Shown here: piece after piece, positions 18,352 to 26,871 of the stretch
How the letters are laid out: the number at the start of each line of letters is the position of its first letter
How positions within the stretch are numbered: the stretch's first letter is position 1
Program-made: the position numbers and the translations under genes
The notes under the pieces: generated by a model
What the model was told of the DNA's origin: nothing
What the model saw: the letters and a program-made list of their open reading frames with translations, nothing else
Databases searched by the model: none
Sequence record: KJ010489.1
Source of the DNA: Enterococcus phage IME-EFm1
DNA length: 42,597 nucleotides
Reading direction: 5' to 3' (one strand)

Positions 18352-20166
18352 ATGGCAGTAATTAAATCAGAATACCTACTTTCAAATTATGACCCAGAAG
18401 AGGTTGGAATGAAGGGTGAAAAGGGTGATGATGGGAAAACCAGTTACGTACACATTGCCTATTCTAATAGCTCAGATGGTGGCGTAGATTTTAGTACAAC
18501 TGATGCAACCAACAGAGCATATACTGGTTACTATACAGATTTTGAAATGATAGATTCAACAGACCCTAGTAAATATGAGTGGCAACGCACAAAAGGAGAC
18601 TCTGGTAAGGATGGTGTTGCAGGTAAAGATGGTGTTGGTTTAAAATCAACCACTATCACATACGCTAGCCATACTAATGCAAGTACACCACCTTCTACAG
18701 GGTGGAAAGCGGAAGTCCCAACTGTTCCAGCAGGTCAATACCTATGGACTAAAACAGTCTGGACTTACACAGACACATCAAGTGAAACTGGTTACTCAGT
18801 TGCTAGAATTGGACAAGATGGCGCAAAAGGAAATGAGGGTATAGCTGGAAAAGATGGTGTAGGCATTAAAACCACATTGATTGAATATGCAGTCAATACT
18901 AGTGGTACAGTCAGACCTACAAGCGGCTGGTCTACTACAATACCAGTTACTCCAGAAGGTCAGTACCTATGGACACGTACCACATGGACGTATACAGACA
19001 ATACGACTGAACAAGGTTATTCAGTAGCTAGACAAGGTAACAACGGACAAAACGGAACAAACGGAGCTGACGGTGATGATGGTGTAGGAATTTCTACTAC
19101 AATAATTGAGTATAATAAGTCAACTAACTCAACAACACCACCCTCTACTGGATGGACTAGTACTATCCCTTCTATAAGCGGAGGTCAATACCTATGGACA
19201 CGTGTCACATTGAATTATACTAATGGTCAAAAAGCTGAGTCCTACACAGTAGCTAGACAAGGTGAAGATGGGGCAGATGGACAACTATTCACTGGTGAAA
19301 CAGAGCCAACAGACTTTAATGAAGGTGATATTTGGTATAAAGTGGTCTCTGGTAAAGTAACTGGCGTTTATGAAGCTAAAGGTGGAGCATGGGCGGAAAT
19401 ACCTTTTGAAAGTTCTGTAATCGCTGAAACCATTATTGGTAAAACCATCACAGGTGGGAAAATCAACGGATCCACCATCAATGGTTCTGAATTTAATAAC
19501 GCCTTCAATAATGTTGTTGCAGGCGTTAATGTTGTGAGTGATGGTAAAACATCTATTTCAAACGGTGCTTTATCAGAAGTAGCATCTTACTATCTAGTTA
19601 ACACAGCAGGCGAACGCTTATATTTATTCGCAGACAATGAAGCTTACTTGACCAGAGGCTCTCTGGAAGTTAGGCAAAAACTGTACAATGAAGAAGGTAC
19701 TAAAACGAGTGAGAGTAGTGGGCAGCTTTCTGGTGGATTACTACAATTGAACTTAAGTGATAGCACTGGTACTTATAATGGCGTTTTAGATGCTAAGTTA
19801 TTAGAGTCCATGAGTGGTATTAAGCAACGGATTATAACAATCCCAAATACAAAAAACTACGCTAACGGTCGTATTGAGTATAGACGTTTTGGACAAATAG
19901 TGACAGCTGCTATTAAGTTTGACAGATTAACCGCAAACGGATGGGTCACATTATCAAACATTCCTAACGGGTATAGACCATATAGTTATCTTGATTCCTC
20001 AACCTATCTAACTTCAACGGGTAATCGTGGCTCATTTGTTTCATTATATACTGATCCTTCGTTCAACTTTATTTATATTCCATCAGTACCTGGAGGGTCA
20101 ACAAGTACTGAGAGCTATCAAGGATCAGTAACTTATTTTACTAATCAAGCTTGGGGTTTAGCATAA
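18352..20166 (+). CDS. Receptor-binding protein / tail fibre with collagen-like Gly-X-Y stretches and a triplicated ~75-aa module
   Basis: 604 aa. Three repeats of GxxGxxGxDGVG(I/L)K(S/T)T.I.Y....T(P)PSTGW...P...GQYLWTRT.WTYTD...GYSVARQG.DG. Position after Tal. Confidence 0.6.
   Translation: MAVIKSEYLLSNYDPEEVGMKGEKGDDGKTSYVHIAYSNSSDGGVDFSTTDATNRAYTGYYTDFEMIDSTDPSKYEWQRTKGDSGKDGVAGKDGVGLKSTTITYASHTNASTPPSTGWKAEVPTVPAGQYLWTKTVWTYTDTSSETGYSVARIGQDGAKGNEGIAGKDGVGIKTTLIEYAVNTSGTVRPTSGWSTTIPVTPEGQYLWTRTTWTYTDNTTEQGYSVARQGNNGQNGTNGADGDDGVGISTTIIEYNKSTNSTTPPSTGWTSTIPSISGGQYLWTRVTLNYTNGQKAESYTVARQGEDGADGQLFTGETEPTDFNEGDIWYKVVSGKVTGVYEAKGGAWAEIPFESSVIAETIIGKTITGGKINGSTINGSEFNNAFNNVVAGVNVVSDGKTSISNGALSEVASYYLVNTAGERLYLFADNEAYLTRGSLEVRQKLYNEEGTKTSESSGQLSGGLLQLNLSDSTGTYNGVLDAKLLESMSGIKQRIITIPNTKNYANGRIEYRRFGQIVTAAIKFDRLTANGWVTLSNIPNGYRPYSYLDSSTYLTSTGNRGSFVSLYTDPSFNFIYIPSVPGGSTSTESYQGSVTYFTNQAWGLA
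18590..19290 (+). repeat. Three tandem ~230-nt coding repeats (collagen-like module) inside the receptor-binding protein gene
   Basis: Repeated peptide unit seen three times in the translation (aa ~80-310). Confidence 0.55.
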
Positions 20167-20184
20167 TAAAAAGGAGAGATATTA

Positions 20185-20430
20185 ATGATTGAAATTTATG
20201 AAACTTTAGACAATATGAATGAAGAAGGTAAATATTATAATGTTTATATTGTACCAGAAAGCTTGCCAGTTAGTTCTCCATTCACAAGATTAAAGCCAGC
20301 CTCTTCACTAATTAATCCAAGATTTGATTGGTTAAAAGGAGAATGGGTTAGTGACGAAGTTAGCGTTCTTAATAAGCGTATTACAGACTTAGAAAAAAGA
20401 ATTAACGAACTAGAAGAACTCTCTAAATGA
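20185..20430 (+). CDS. Hypothetical protein (81 aa) with a C-terminal coiled coil
   Basis: RBS AAAGGAGAG. Located between the receptor-binding gene and the lysis module. Confidence 0.45.
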   Translation: MIEIYETLDNMNEEGKYYNVYIVPESLPVSSPFTRLKPASSLINPRFDWLKGEWVSDEVSVLNKRITDLEKRINELEELSK

Positions 20431-20452
20431 GAGTTCTTTATTTGCTTTTAAA
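20412..20452 (+). terminator. Hairpin terminator (AGAACTCTC-taaat-GAGAGTTCT then TTATTTGCTTTT)
   Basis: 9-bp perfect stem overlapping the stop codon, followed by a T-rich tract. Confidence 0.5.
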
Positions 20453-20475
20453 CGCATAACTACCCAACTATCAAA

Positions 20476-20502
20476 ATTTAAACGCCTTAGAATGCTCGTG
20501 AG
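20476..20502 (+). repeat. Copy 1 of a 22-nt direct repeat (CTTAGAATGCTCGTGAGAGACA) upstream of the lysis-cassette promoter
   Basis: Identical core recurs at 22275-22296. It lies ~28 nt upstream of the -10 TGtTATAAT at 20526-20534. Confidence 0.6.
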
Positions 20503-20585
20503 AGACACACCATTTCGCTTATATAGATGTTATAATGATTACAGACCTAGGAAACGAGGTGATAAATGAATAGGAGTGTTTTGCT

Positions 20586-20864
20586 ATGAACTTAAACGAT
20601 AAGGAGTTTGTGTCATTGAAAGAACAGTTAGCAAGAATTGAGGTAAAGTTGGATGATATACCTGAGATTAAAGCTGACTTAAAAGAGTATGGTAGTCGCT
20701 TAGAACGTCAATCTGAAAAAGCAGATAAGGCATACAGCATGTCCATGCAGAATAGAGAGGCATTAGCTGACCTCAAAAACAGCTATACATGGCTAACACG
20801 TACAACTGTTGGCGCAGTTATTGGAGCATTAGTTAGTATTGGTTTATCCTTATTTATGAAATAG
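20586..20864 (+). CDS. XhlA-like lysis-associated membrane protein (putative holin-like / haemolysin XhlA family)
   Basis: 92 aa. N-terminal coiled coil with a single C-terminal TM segment (VGAVIGALVSIGLSLF). First gene of the lysis cassette. Confidence 0.55.
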   Translation: MNLNDKEFVSLKEQLARIEVKLDDIPEIKADLKEYGSRLERQSEKADKAYSMSMQNREALADLKNSYTWLTRTTVGAVIGALVSIGLSLFMK

Positions 20865-20876
20865 AGGTGATGTAGA

Positions 20877-21158
20877 ATGAATAAAATAAACTGGAAAGTT
20901 CGCTTTAGCAAAGACAACCTAACATTTATCTTGCGTTTTATTGGCGCATTAGCAGTACCTATCCTAGCGTACTTTGGTTTGAAATTTGAGGATATTACAT
21001 CCTTTGATACATTATTAGATGTATTAGTTAGAGCAGTGAGCAATCCTTATGTATTAGGCTTAACTGTGATTAATGCATTAAACATGATTCCAGACCCAAC
21101 AACTAAAGGTATTACAGATAGTGAGAAAGCATTGAACTATACAGAACCAAAGAAATAA
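20877..21158 (+). CDS. Holin (phi-LC3 / LL-H type)
   Basis: 93 aa. MNKINWKVRFSKDNLTFILRFIGALAVPILAYFGL... is typical of this holin family. Directly upstream of the endolysin. Confidence 0.75.
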   Translation: MNKINWKVRFSKDNLTFILRFIGALAVPILAYFGLKFEDITSFDTLLDVLVRAVSNPYVLGLTVINALNMIPDPTTKGITDSEKALNYTEPKK

Positions 21159-21174
21159 GAAAGAGAGTGATAAC

Positions 21175-22200
21175 ATGGTAGAAATCATCAATAAAACAGT
21201 CACACGTGGTGTGGCAGGACGTAGACCAGGTGCAGTGAAGGGTGTAGTATTCCACAATACATGGGGCAACTCAACAGCTAAACAAGAAGCCAATCGTTTA
21301 GCAGCAATGAACAACAATCAGTTAGCTGCTGGATTTGCTCATTATTACATTGATAAGAATACAATCTGGCGTACTGAGGATACTTACAATGCAGCTTGGC
21401 ATACAGCTAACTCTGATGGTAATACAAACTATATTGGCTATGAAGTGTGTGGTAACGATCAAACACCATTGAAAGACTTCTTGCAAGCTGAAGAAAATAC
21501 CTTTTGGCAAATTGCGCAAGATTTGAAATATTATGGTTTACCAGTTAATCGTAATACAGTACGTTTACATCATGAGTTTTCAGCCACACAATGTCCTAAA
21601 CGTTCGTTAATCATTCATACTGGTTTCAACTCAACACAGGCTCAGCCAGCTAATGTAACTAACACAATGAAAGATTATGTGATTAAAAACGTTCTTAAGT
21701 ATTACAATAACCCTAGTTTGAAACCAGATGGTAAAGCTCCATCTACAGGTGGACAAACACCTCCAAGTGGTGCTAACGTAACACCTTCAACACCTAGCCA
21801 ACATGATAAGGCAGTATCTGCAAGCCCAGCAAAACATCAAGGTAATGCTTGGGGTAAACTTGACTACTTTAATGGTCATGGTAAAGATCAGATTCGTGTG
21901 GCTGGTTGGTTAGTTCCTGATAAACCACAAGGTCCTATTGGACGATATGCATATGTTATCTTCATGCAACATGGAACAAACAAAGAACTGACACGTGTTC
22001 AGTCTGCTGGTATTAAACGCCCAGATGTTAAGAAAGCATATGGCTATCAAGGTGGGCAAGAGCTTGGTTTTGACGTAACAGTCAATAAGAACCAGTTCAA
22101 AGGTAAAAAAGTAGACGTGATTTTGCGTAGAGCAAATAAATCTAATGGTGAAGGCGCAGTGAATGACGTGAGAATTGATAGTATCTATTTGAGTCTATAA
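21175..22200 (+). CDS. Endolysin: N-acetylmuramoyl-L-alanine amidase (Amidase_2/PGRP) with a C-terminal cell-wall-binding domain
   Basis: 341 aa. The N-terminal block ...VVFHNTWGN...AHYYIDKN...AWH...YIGYEVCG has a PGRP-like zinc-amidase pattern. C-terminal ~140 aa form a binding module after a Pro/Thr/Ser linker. Confidence 0.8.
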   Translation: MVEIINKTVTRGVAGRRPGAVKGVVFHNTWGNSTAKQEANRLAAMNNNQLAAGFAHYYIDKNTIWRTEDTYNAAWHTANSDGNTNYIGYEVCGNDQTPLKDFLQAEENTFWQIAQDLKYYGLPVNRNTVRLHHEFSATQCPKRSLIIHTGFNSTQAQPANVTNTMKDYVIKNVLKYYNNPSLKPDGKAPSTGGQTPPSGANVTPSTPSQHDKAVSASPAKHQGNAWGKLDYFNGHGKDQIRVAGWLVPDKPQGPIGRYAYVIFMQHGTNKELTRVQSAGIKRPDVKKAYGYQGGQELGFDVTVNKNQFKGKKVDVILRRANKSNGEGAVNDVRIDSIYLSL

Positions 22201-22202
22201 TA

Positions 22203-22235
22203 AAAAACCACTGGTTAATCCAGTGGTTTTCTTTT
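22203..22235. terminator. Bidirectional rho-independent terminator at the convergence of the late (+) and early (-) arms
   Basis: AAAAAACCACTGG-ttaat-CCAGTGGTTTTCTTTT: perfect 9-bp stem flanked by an A-run and a T-run. Confidence 0.8.
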
Positions 22236-22267
22236 GTTGTTAAATTGGTAATCACCTTGTTTAATTT

Positions 22268-22296
22268 ATTTAAAGCGCTTAGAATGCTCGTGAGAG
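22268..22296 (+). repeat. Copy 2 of the 22-nt direct repeat (CTTAGAATGCTCGTGAGAGACA)
   Basis: Identical 22-nt core to 20479-20500, in the convergent intergenic zone. Confidence 0.6.
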
Positions 22297-22346
22297 ACAT
22301 GCTTTTTGATAGAAATAGGTGTATTCTTCACCACTACTCTTCCTCC

Positions 22347-22568
22347 CTATTTAAATTCTTCCCATTTATTTGGTGCAAATCCCATACTCACAAACTCACC
22401 ATCTTTAAACACTACTGGTAGCGTTCTTAGGTTCATAGTAAGTAATTCATTTAATCCTTCTAGGTTTTCATCTACATTAACCTCAGTGAAGGTGTGCCCT
22501 TTGCCTTTAAACCAGTTCTTGCTCATTTTGCAAGGCATGCAGTTGTTTTTAGTATAAATTTTAATCAT
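22347..22568 (-). CDS. nrdH: NrdH-like glutaredoxin (CxxC redoxin)
   Basis: 73 aa. MIKIYTKNNCMPCKMSKNWF... has a CMPC active site and the typical NrdH length. No RNR genes are seen in the window. Confidence 0.6.
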   Translation of the reverse strand: MIKIYTKNNCMPCKMSKNWFKGKGHTFTEVNVDENLEGLNELLTMNLRTLPVVFKDGEFVSMGFAPNKWEEFK

Positions 22569-22608
22569 TTTATTTTCCTCCTATTACTTTATGAATTAAG
22601 TATAACAC

Positions 22609-22637
22609 CTCAGTTAAGAGGTGTCAAGTGTTTAATC
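22609..22637 (-). promoter_or_regulatory. Sigma-A-like promoter (TTGACA-17-TATACT) with a palindromic spacer (CACCTC...GAGGTG) and a conserved leader
   Basis: On the minus strand: TTGACACCTCTTAACTGAGGTGTTATACT, followed by the leader ...ATAAAGTAATAGGAGG and the nrdH ATG. Confidence 0.55.
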
Positions 22638-24923
22638 AATGTAGTTTCTGACACTAGGAGTCGTGTATCCAAGTTTAGTTCTTTTGGCATGTGCTTGCTC
22701 AATCCTTTCTTTCCAATTTGTACCAAACCACATTACTAGTAAATCTTCCACCTGGTTTATATAGTATTCTTTATCAATGTCAGCAAGAGTTATCCATCCT
22801 TCACCAATTGCCTCATTATCAATGGCGTAATACTCAGGTGCGTTAGCTAAGCCTTTAGTATAAGAATCGTCACCAACAATAGTTGTGCCTTCTTCTTCAA
22901 TTACAGCTCCTCGTTTCACCTTGAATATTTCAACAGCTTTATCAGGGTCTTTTATTGCAAAGGTACGATTTACTTTTTGTGCTTTAAGTTCATTACCTTT
23001 ACTATCACGCACCACAGTATCATCAAAAGTCCAGCCAGTTTTCGTAATCATTTGGAACTGACGTAGTTCGTCACATTCATTGATAAACTCTTTATAGTCT
23101 TTACCAGCAACTACATAGTTAATGAAGGCATTTGACACAATTGCTTTAGATACTTTCAAACCATTTGTTAAACCAATAGCACCTTTAAACTTCACCTTAC
23201 CATCTGATGTAACTGCCAAGTAATTATTTACATTGGCTTGATATATTTCTCTAAACGGATCATCGTCTAAGGTGTACCCTGTCCGTTTCATCCAATCATT
23301 TGCAATCTCATCAATCGCTTTCTCATCTTCTTCACTAAATGGAATATAGTAGTGTGCGTCTGTGTTTGATTGAATAATAGTAGCATGGTTTTCAATCTTT
23401 TCTAGTAAATCCCACATTGCCATCTGTCCAGTAATACATACTAATAACCGCATACGTGGATCATACAGTTTATTAAATTCAGCGCCCATGGCACCATATT
23501 TCGTGTTTAAAGGTAGTTTATAGCCATTAATTAGCAACTTGGTTGGAATCTGAACGCCTTTAATTTCAGTAAATTCTTTATTAGAATACTTAGCTTCCAT
23601 CCGTTCATCTAATAACATTTGGTAGATATGTCGTTTATCTTCTGGAATGTTTCTTGATAAGTAGTCAAACAGCACCATTGTGTTAGGGTACAATGATCCA
23701 ACATCACGTGCGTGGAAGTTACCTACATGAATAAATGACTCCTTAGCACCATGTATGCCACCTACTCCTAAAACCTCTGTTACGTCTCTACGTGGTACAT
23801 CTAATGAAATACTTGCATGCCCTTTTTCGTTCGCTTCAAACTCATTTGTCATAAATGCCTGACGAATGGTCTCTGACTCAATTTTAAATCCTTCTGGTAA
23901 TTCATACTTATCTAGTTCATCACCTCTATCAGGTGTTTTCTCAGCCCCTAATAGTTCAGCTGTTAGGTTTGCGTTTGTCATTGATAGAGCCATTTTATCT
24001 AAATCAAAGTATAGAGCAATTGCAGCTTTAGCTACTAACATACCTATGTTTTGTTCAAAGCGTTTCTCAGTAGCTAACACATCATTTTTACAATACAACT
24101 CATTCAACACTTGCTCTTCTTCAGTTAGTTCTCTATCTAAATCAAAATCTACCTCAGTTTCTTTGATATTAATACCCATGAAAGCACTATGCTCTTTCAA
24201 ACTAAAACCTCTATTGTCTTGATACAAATCCATTCCAAAAAGTGGTGTTTTCTTAGTATCAAACATCTTGTACACTAACCCTCTATCATCTGATTCAATG
24301 ATTGCTTTAGATATGTGATACGGGTTCTTACCTTGCATGTGGGCACGCATTACATTTGAGTCATATGAGTGTGAGTTATAACCTACAAACAACGAATCTC
24401 TATTCGCTAAATAGAACTTGCGTAACGCATCTAAATCATTATGGATAACGGTCCACTCTTTTGTAAAGTAATCTCTGAAAACAAATAAATTGTCTTTTTT
24501 AAATACTTCAATATCATAAATGTAAATAGTTTGATTCGTTAATGCTCCGTTTGGTTTCTCAGGTAAGTTATCAACAACCCCTCCGTTTTGATTAATTGTT
24601 ACGTTGGGAAAACCATTGTTGTATCTTAGAGTGATATTTAACTCCTGACCTACTTGAATATCTTCCCATGTTTTCCAATCTTGTTTACGAAACTTCATGA
24701 TATAAAAAGTAGCATCACGCCCATCAGTTGTGCTACGCACTTTGATCTCTTTCATTTCTTTACCTTTAGCACTTAAACGTTCCTCAGCTTTAATCACTAC
24801 AACTTGGTGAACCCCTTCAATCATAGGGTCAAAACTTTTTCCATTACCTGCTAATGCAGAAAATATTTCTAACAGTTTAGATGCTAGTTTTTCAGCACCT
24901 TGAAATTCTGCAATGTTTTTCAT
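22632..24923 (-). CDS. DNA polymerase, family B (3'-5' exonuclease plus polymerase domains)
   Basis: 763 aa. Exo I IYIYDIEVF, Exo II YNSHSYDSNVM, pol motif C SNTDAHY and KxY GKVKFKGA. Promoter TTGTGT-17-TATACT upstream. Confidence 0.85.
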   Translation of the reverse strand: MKNIAEFQGAEKLASKLLEIFSALAGNGKSFDPMIEGVHQVVVIKAEERLSAKGKEMKEIKVRSTTDGRDATFYIMKFRKQDWKTWEDIQVGQELNITLRYNNGFPNVTINQNGGVVDNLPEKPNGALTNQTIYIYDIEVFKKDNLFVFRDYFTKEWTVIHNDLDALRKFYLANRDSLFVGYNSHSYDSNVMRAHMQGKNPYHISKAIIESDDRGLVYKMFDTKKTPLFGMDLYQDNRGFSLKEHSAFMGINIKETEVDFDLDRELTEEEQVLNELYCKNDVLATEKRFEQNIGMLVAKAAIALYFDLDKMALSMTNANLTAELLGAEKTPDRGDELDKYELPEGFKIESETIRQAFMTNEFEANEKGHASISLDVPRRDVTEVLGVGGIHGAKESFIHVGNFHARDVGSLYPNTMVLFDYLSRNIPEDKRHIYQMLLDERMEAKYSNKEFTEIKGVQIPTKLLINGYKLPLNTKYGAMGAEFNKLYDPRMRLLVCITGQMAMWDLLEKIENHATIIQSNTDAHYYIPFSEEDEKAIDEIANDWMKRTGYTLDDDPFREIYQANVNNYLAVTSDGKVKFKGAIGLTNGLKVSKAIVSNAFINYVVAGKDYKEFINECDELRQFQMITKTGWTFDDTVVRDSKGNELKAQKVNRTFAIKDPDKAVEIFKVKRGAVIEEEGTTIVGDDSYTKGLANAPEYYAIDNEAIGEGWITLADIDKEYYINQVEDLLVMWFGTNWKERIEQAHAKRTKLGYTTPSVRNYID

Positions 24924-25108
24924 CTATTTACTTCCTCTCTCGTTTGAATATAATATAGTATATCACATCTATTATTAGTACACAAGTACAACGTATAAAC
25001 TCTATGAACCTCTCAATAATGTATCTCATAATCTTACAAACCTGTATCCTTTACAGTGATAACCTAATCTACCTTGAAGTTGATTGCAGATGCTAGAGGG
25101 GCTTATAC

Positions 25109-25507
25109 CTAGTAGATTACCTGCATCCTTAATGCTTTTGTATTCTGTATTGTTTGTAATACAGAATACAGGCTTTTTATTTGTTCTGTCACACGTGCTA
25201 TTCTAGTTCCGTGGTTCATATTCTGTTTATTTGTAACCCACTCAAGATTATCCAATTTATTATTAGCTTTATCCTCATCTATATGATTGACTTGAGCATT
25301 ATTAAACGGTCTTTTGTAAAATGATTCTAATATTAATACGTGAGCAAATTTCTTAGTTTTATAATATGTTAAACTAATTCTTACATATCCTTTTTTATTA
25401 ATACATCCTTTTAATATGTTTCCTGTAATTTTATTTCTAATTCTACCAAGGTTTGAACACTCGTAGTAGTCTTCATACTGTTTTACATCTACCCAATATT
25501 CAATCAT
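25109..25507 (-). CDS. HNH homing endonuclease (NUMOD4 / HNH_3 type)
   Basis: 132 aa. YECSNLGRIRN..., GYVRISL, HVLILESF..., NHIDEDKANNKLDNLEWVTNKQN. Confidence 0.75.
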   Translation of the reverse strand: MIEYWVDVKQYEDYYECSNLGRIRNKITGNILKGCINKKGYVRISLTYYKTKKFAHVLILESFYKRPFNNAQVNHIDEDKANNKLDNLEWVTNKQNMNHGTRIARVTEQIKSLYSVLQTIQNTKALRMQVIY

Positions 25508-25710
25508 ACAAACAACCTCCAGTGTCTTGGATGGCCCTGGGTTTGCATATATAATACATCATCTAACTTATAAACGGCAATCGTTTTCTTTTTGTTGGCA
25601 ATCAGCATCATAGTTGGATCAATCTTTATATACACCTCATTAAAATGTCTATTGATAATTACACCGTCTTCATCTTTCACTGTTAAAACCAGTTTGTCTA
25701 CTAACATCAT
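25504..25710 (-). CDS. Hypothetical protein (68 aa)
   Basis: ATGA-coupled to the downstream HNH gene. Confidence 0.4.
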   Translation of the reverse strand: MMLVDKLVLTVKDEDGVIINRHFNEVYIKIDPTMMLIANKKKTIAVYKLDDVLYMQTQGHPRHWRLFV

Positions 25711-25725
25711 TTTAAAGTTCCTCCT

Positions 25726-26277
25726 TTATGCATCTATAATTACTCCATCATCATGCCACTTATCATATGTGTGTTTTTTTAATGCTATATAATAAGTTAT
25801 ACCATCCACAGCGCTTATTGACTTGCTCCTATCATTTTTACCACGTTTACTCTTACTTGCCTTAGACTCTTTGCTAATAAAGTTCTTATTTAGAATCTTT
25901 TGAGCGTATTCAATTTGTGTTTTTAACAATAGTGAGTATCCTTTTGATTCCAACATGTCAGATAATTCAGAAAGTACAGCTATGAAATAACCATGAGCAT
26001 AACTCTCATAACGTGACACTCTCACATAAGTTGTCTTGCTATTTACCTGATTTAACAACCATATTGACCCAACATTCTTCTGACCGCAAAATATTTGATA
26101 TCCATACCCTGCATTATTGTATTTAGTCATTTTCATATCGTGACGGTTATTTATCATTTCTTTAGTAAATTTATTATCTCTATATAGTGTAAAATTTTCT
26201 AACTCTAATGCATGGTATAGTTTAAATGGAAATTGTTCATTAGGTTTGTGAACTTCTCTTATGGGTAGCTTCATCAT
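25726..26277 (-). CDS. Hypothetical protein (183 aa) with a Lys-rich C-terminal region
   Basis: RBS GGAGGAAG. No recognisable family. Confidence 0.5.
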   Translation of the reverse strand: MMKLPIREVHKPNEQFPFKLYHALELENFTLYRDNKFTKEMINNRHDMKMTKYNNAGYGYQIFCGQKNVGSIWLLNQVNSKTTYVRVSRYESYAHGYFIAVLSELSDMLESKGYSLLLKTQIEYAQKILNKNFISKESKASKSKRGKNDRSKSISAVDGITYYIALKKHTYDKWHDDGVIIDA

Positions 26278-26291
26278 TTTAATCTTCCTCC

Positions 26292-26624
26292 TTATTTGAA
26301 ATCATATTTATTCATCAATGCGCCAATAATATTGAATAGTGAAATTATTGTAGGGATACCTGTCCAACAGAAGACTAGTTTAATAAGTCCTTTTACTGGT
26401 TTTCCAACGTAGAAATCATGAGCCCCAATTCCTCCTAAGAATAGTGCTAGCAATAAATAAACAGTCAAACTTGGTTTATTAGAATTCTCTTTCATGCTTT
26501 TAAGTTGTGTTAATTGTTCCTTTAAAATTTCGTTTTGTAATTGATCGTTAGTCATTTCTTTTTCCTCCTCTTGTGGTGTGTTCATTTTCTTCAATGTTTC
26601 TAATACTGTATTTTGCTTAGTCAT
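26292..26624 (-). CDS. TM2-domain membrane protein with an N-terminal coiled coil
   Basis: LLLALFLGGIGAHDFYVGKPVKGLIKLVFCWTGIP matches the TM2-domain signature (GxHxFYxG) and has two TM helices. Confidence 0.55.
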   Translation of the reverse strand: MTKQNTVLETLKKMNTPQEEEKEMTNDQLQNEILKEQLTQLKSMKENSNKPSLTVYLLLALFLGGIGAHDFYVGKPVKGLIKLVFCWTGIPTIISLFNIIGALMNKYDFK

Positions 26625-26658
26625 TTTAATCTTCCTCTCTTTATCTTATGAGTTAAGT

Positions 26659-26871
26659 TTACCATGCCATGTTCACTTTGTCAATTGTTTTCACTGCTAA
26701 TTTTAAATCTTTTTCTAGGAAACCTTCTGTGGAACCGCTGTATAACTTAACCATGTACTCCCAGCCGTCAACTGGTTCATACAGCTTATATAACAGCACT
26801 CCTTTATCACCCTTATTGCCTAGTCCGTTTAGGTTATCTCGTTTTAACTCTACCACGTTTCCAAGATTCAT
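26659..26871 (-). CDS. Hypothetical protein (70 aa)
   Basis: RBS AAAGAGGAGG. Confidence 0.45.
   Translation of the reverse strand: MNLGNVVELKRDNLNGLGNKGDKGVLLYKLYEPVDGWEYMVKLYSGSTEGFLEKDLKLAVKTIDKVNMAW

Noticed and set aside
22306-22739. Plus-strand ORFs 22306-22557 and 22494-22739 opposite nrdH and the polymerase 3' end
   Set aside because: They are antisense to well-supported minus-strand genes, with low-complexity translation and no RBS.
23866-24222. Plus-strand 118-aa ORF inside the DNA polymerase gene
   Set aside because: Antisense to the polymerase, Ser-rich and spurious.
25133-25180. Plus-oriented hairpin (TATTCTGTATT...AATACAGAATA, then CAGGCTTTTTATTTG) as a terminator
   Set aside because: It lies inside the 3' coding region of the minus-strand HNH gene, with nothing plus-strand to terminate. 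It is likely incidental or a homing-site remnant.
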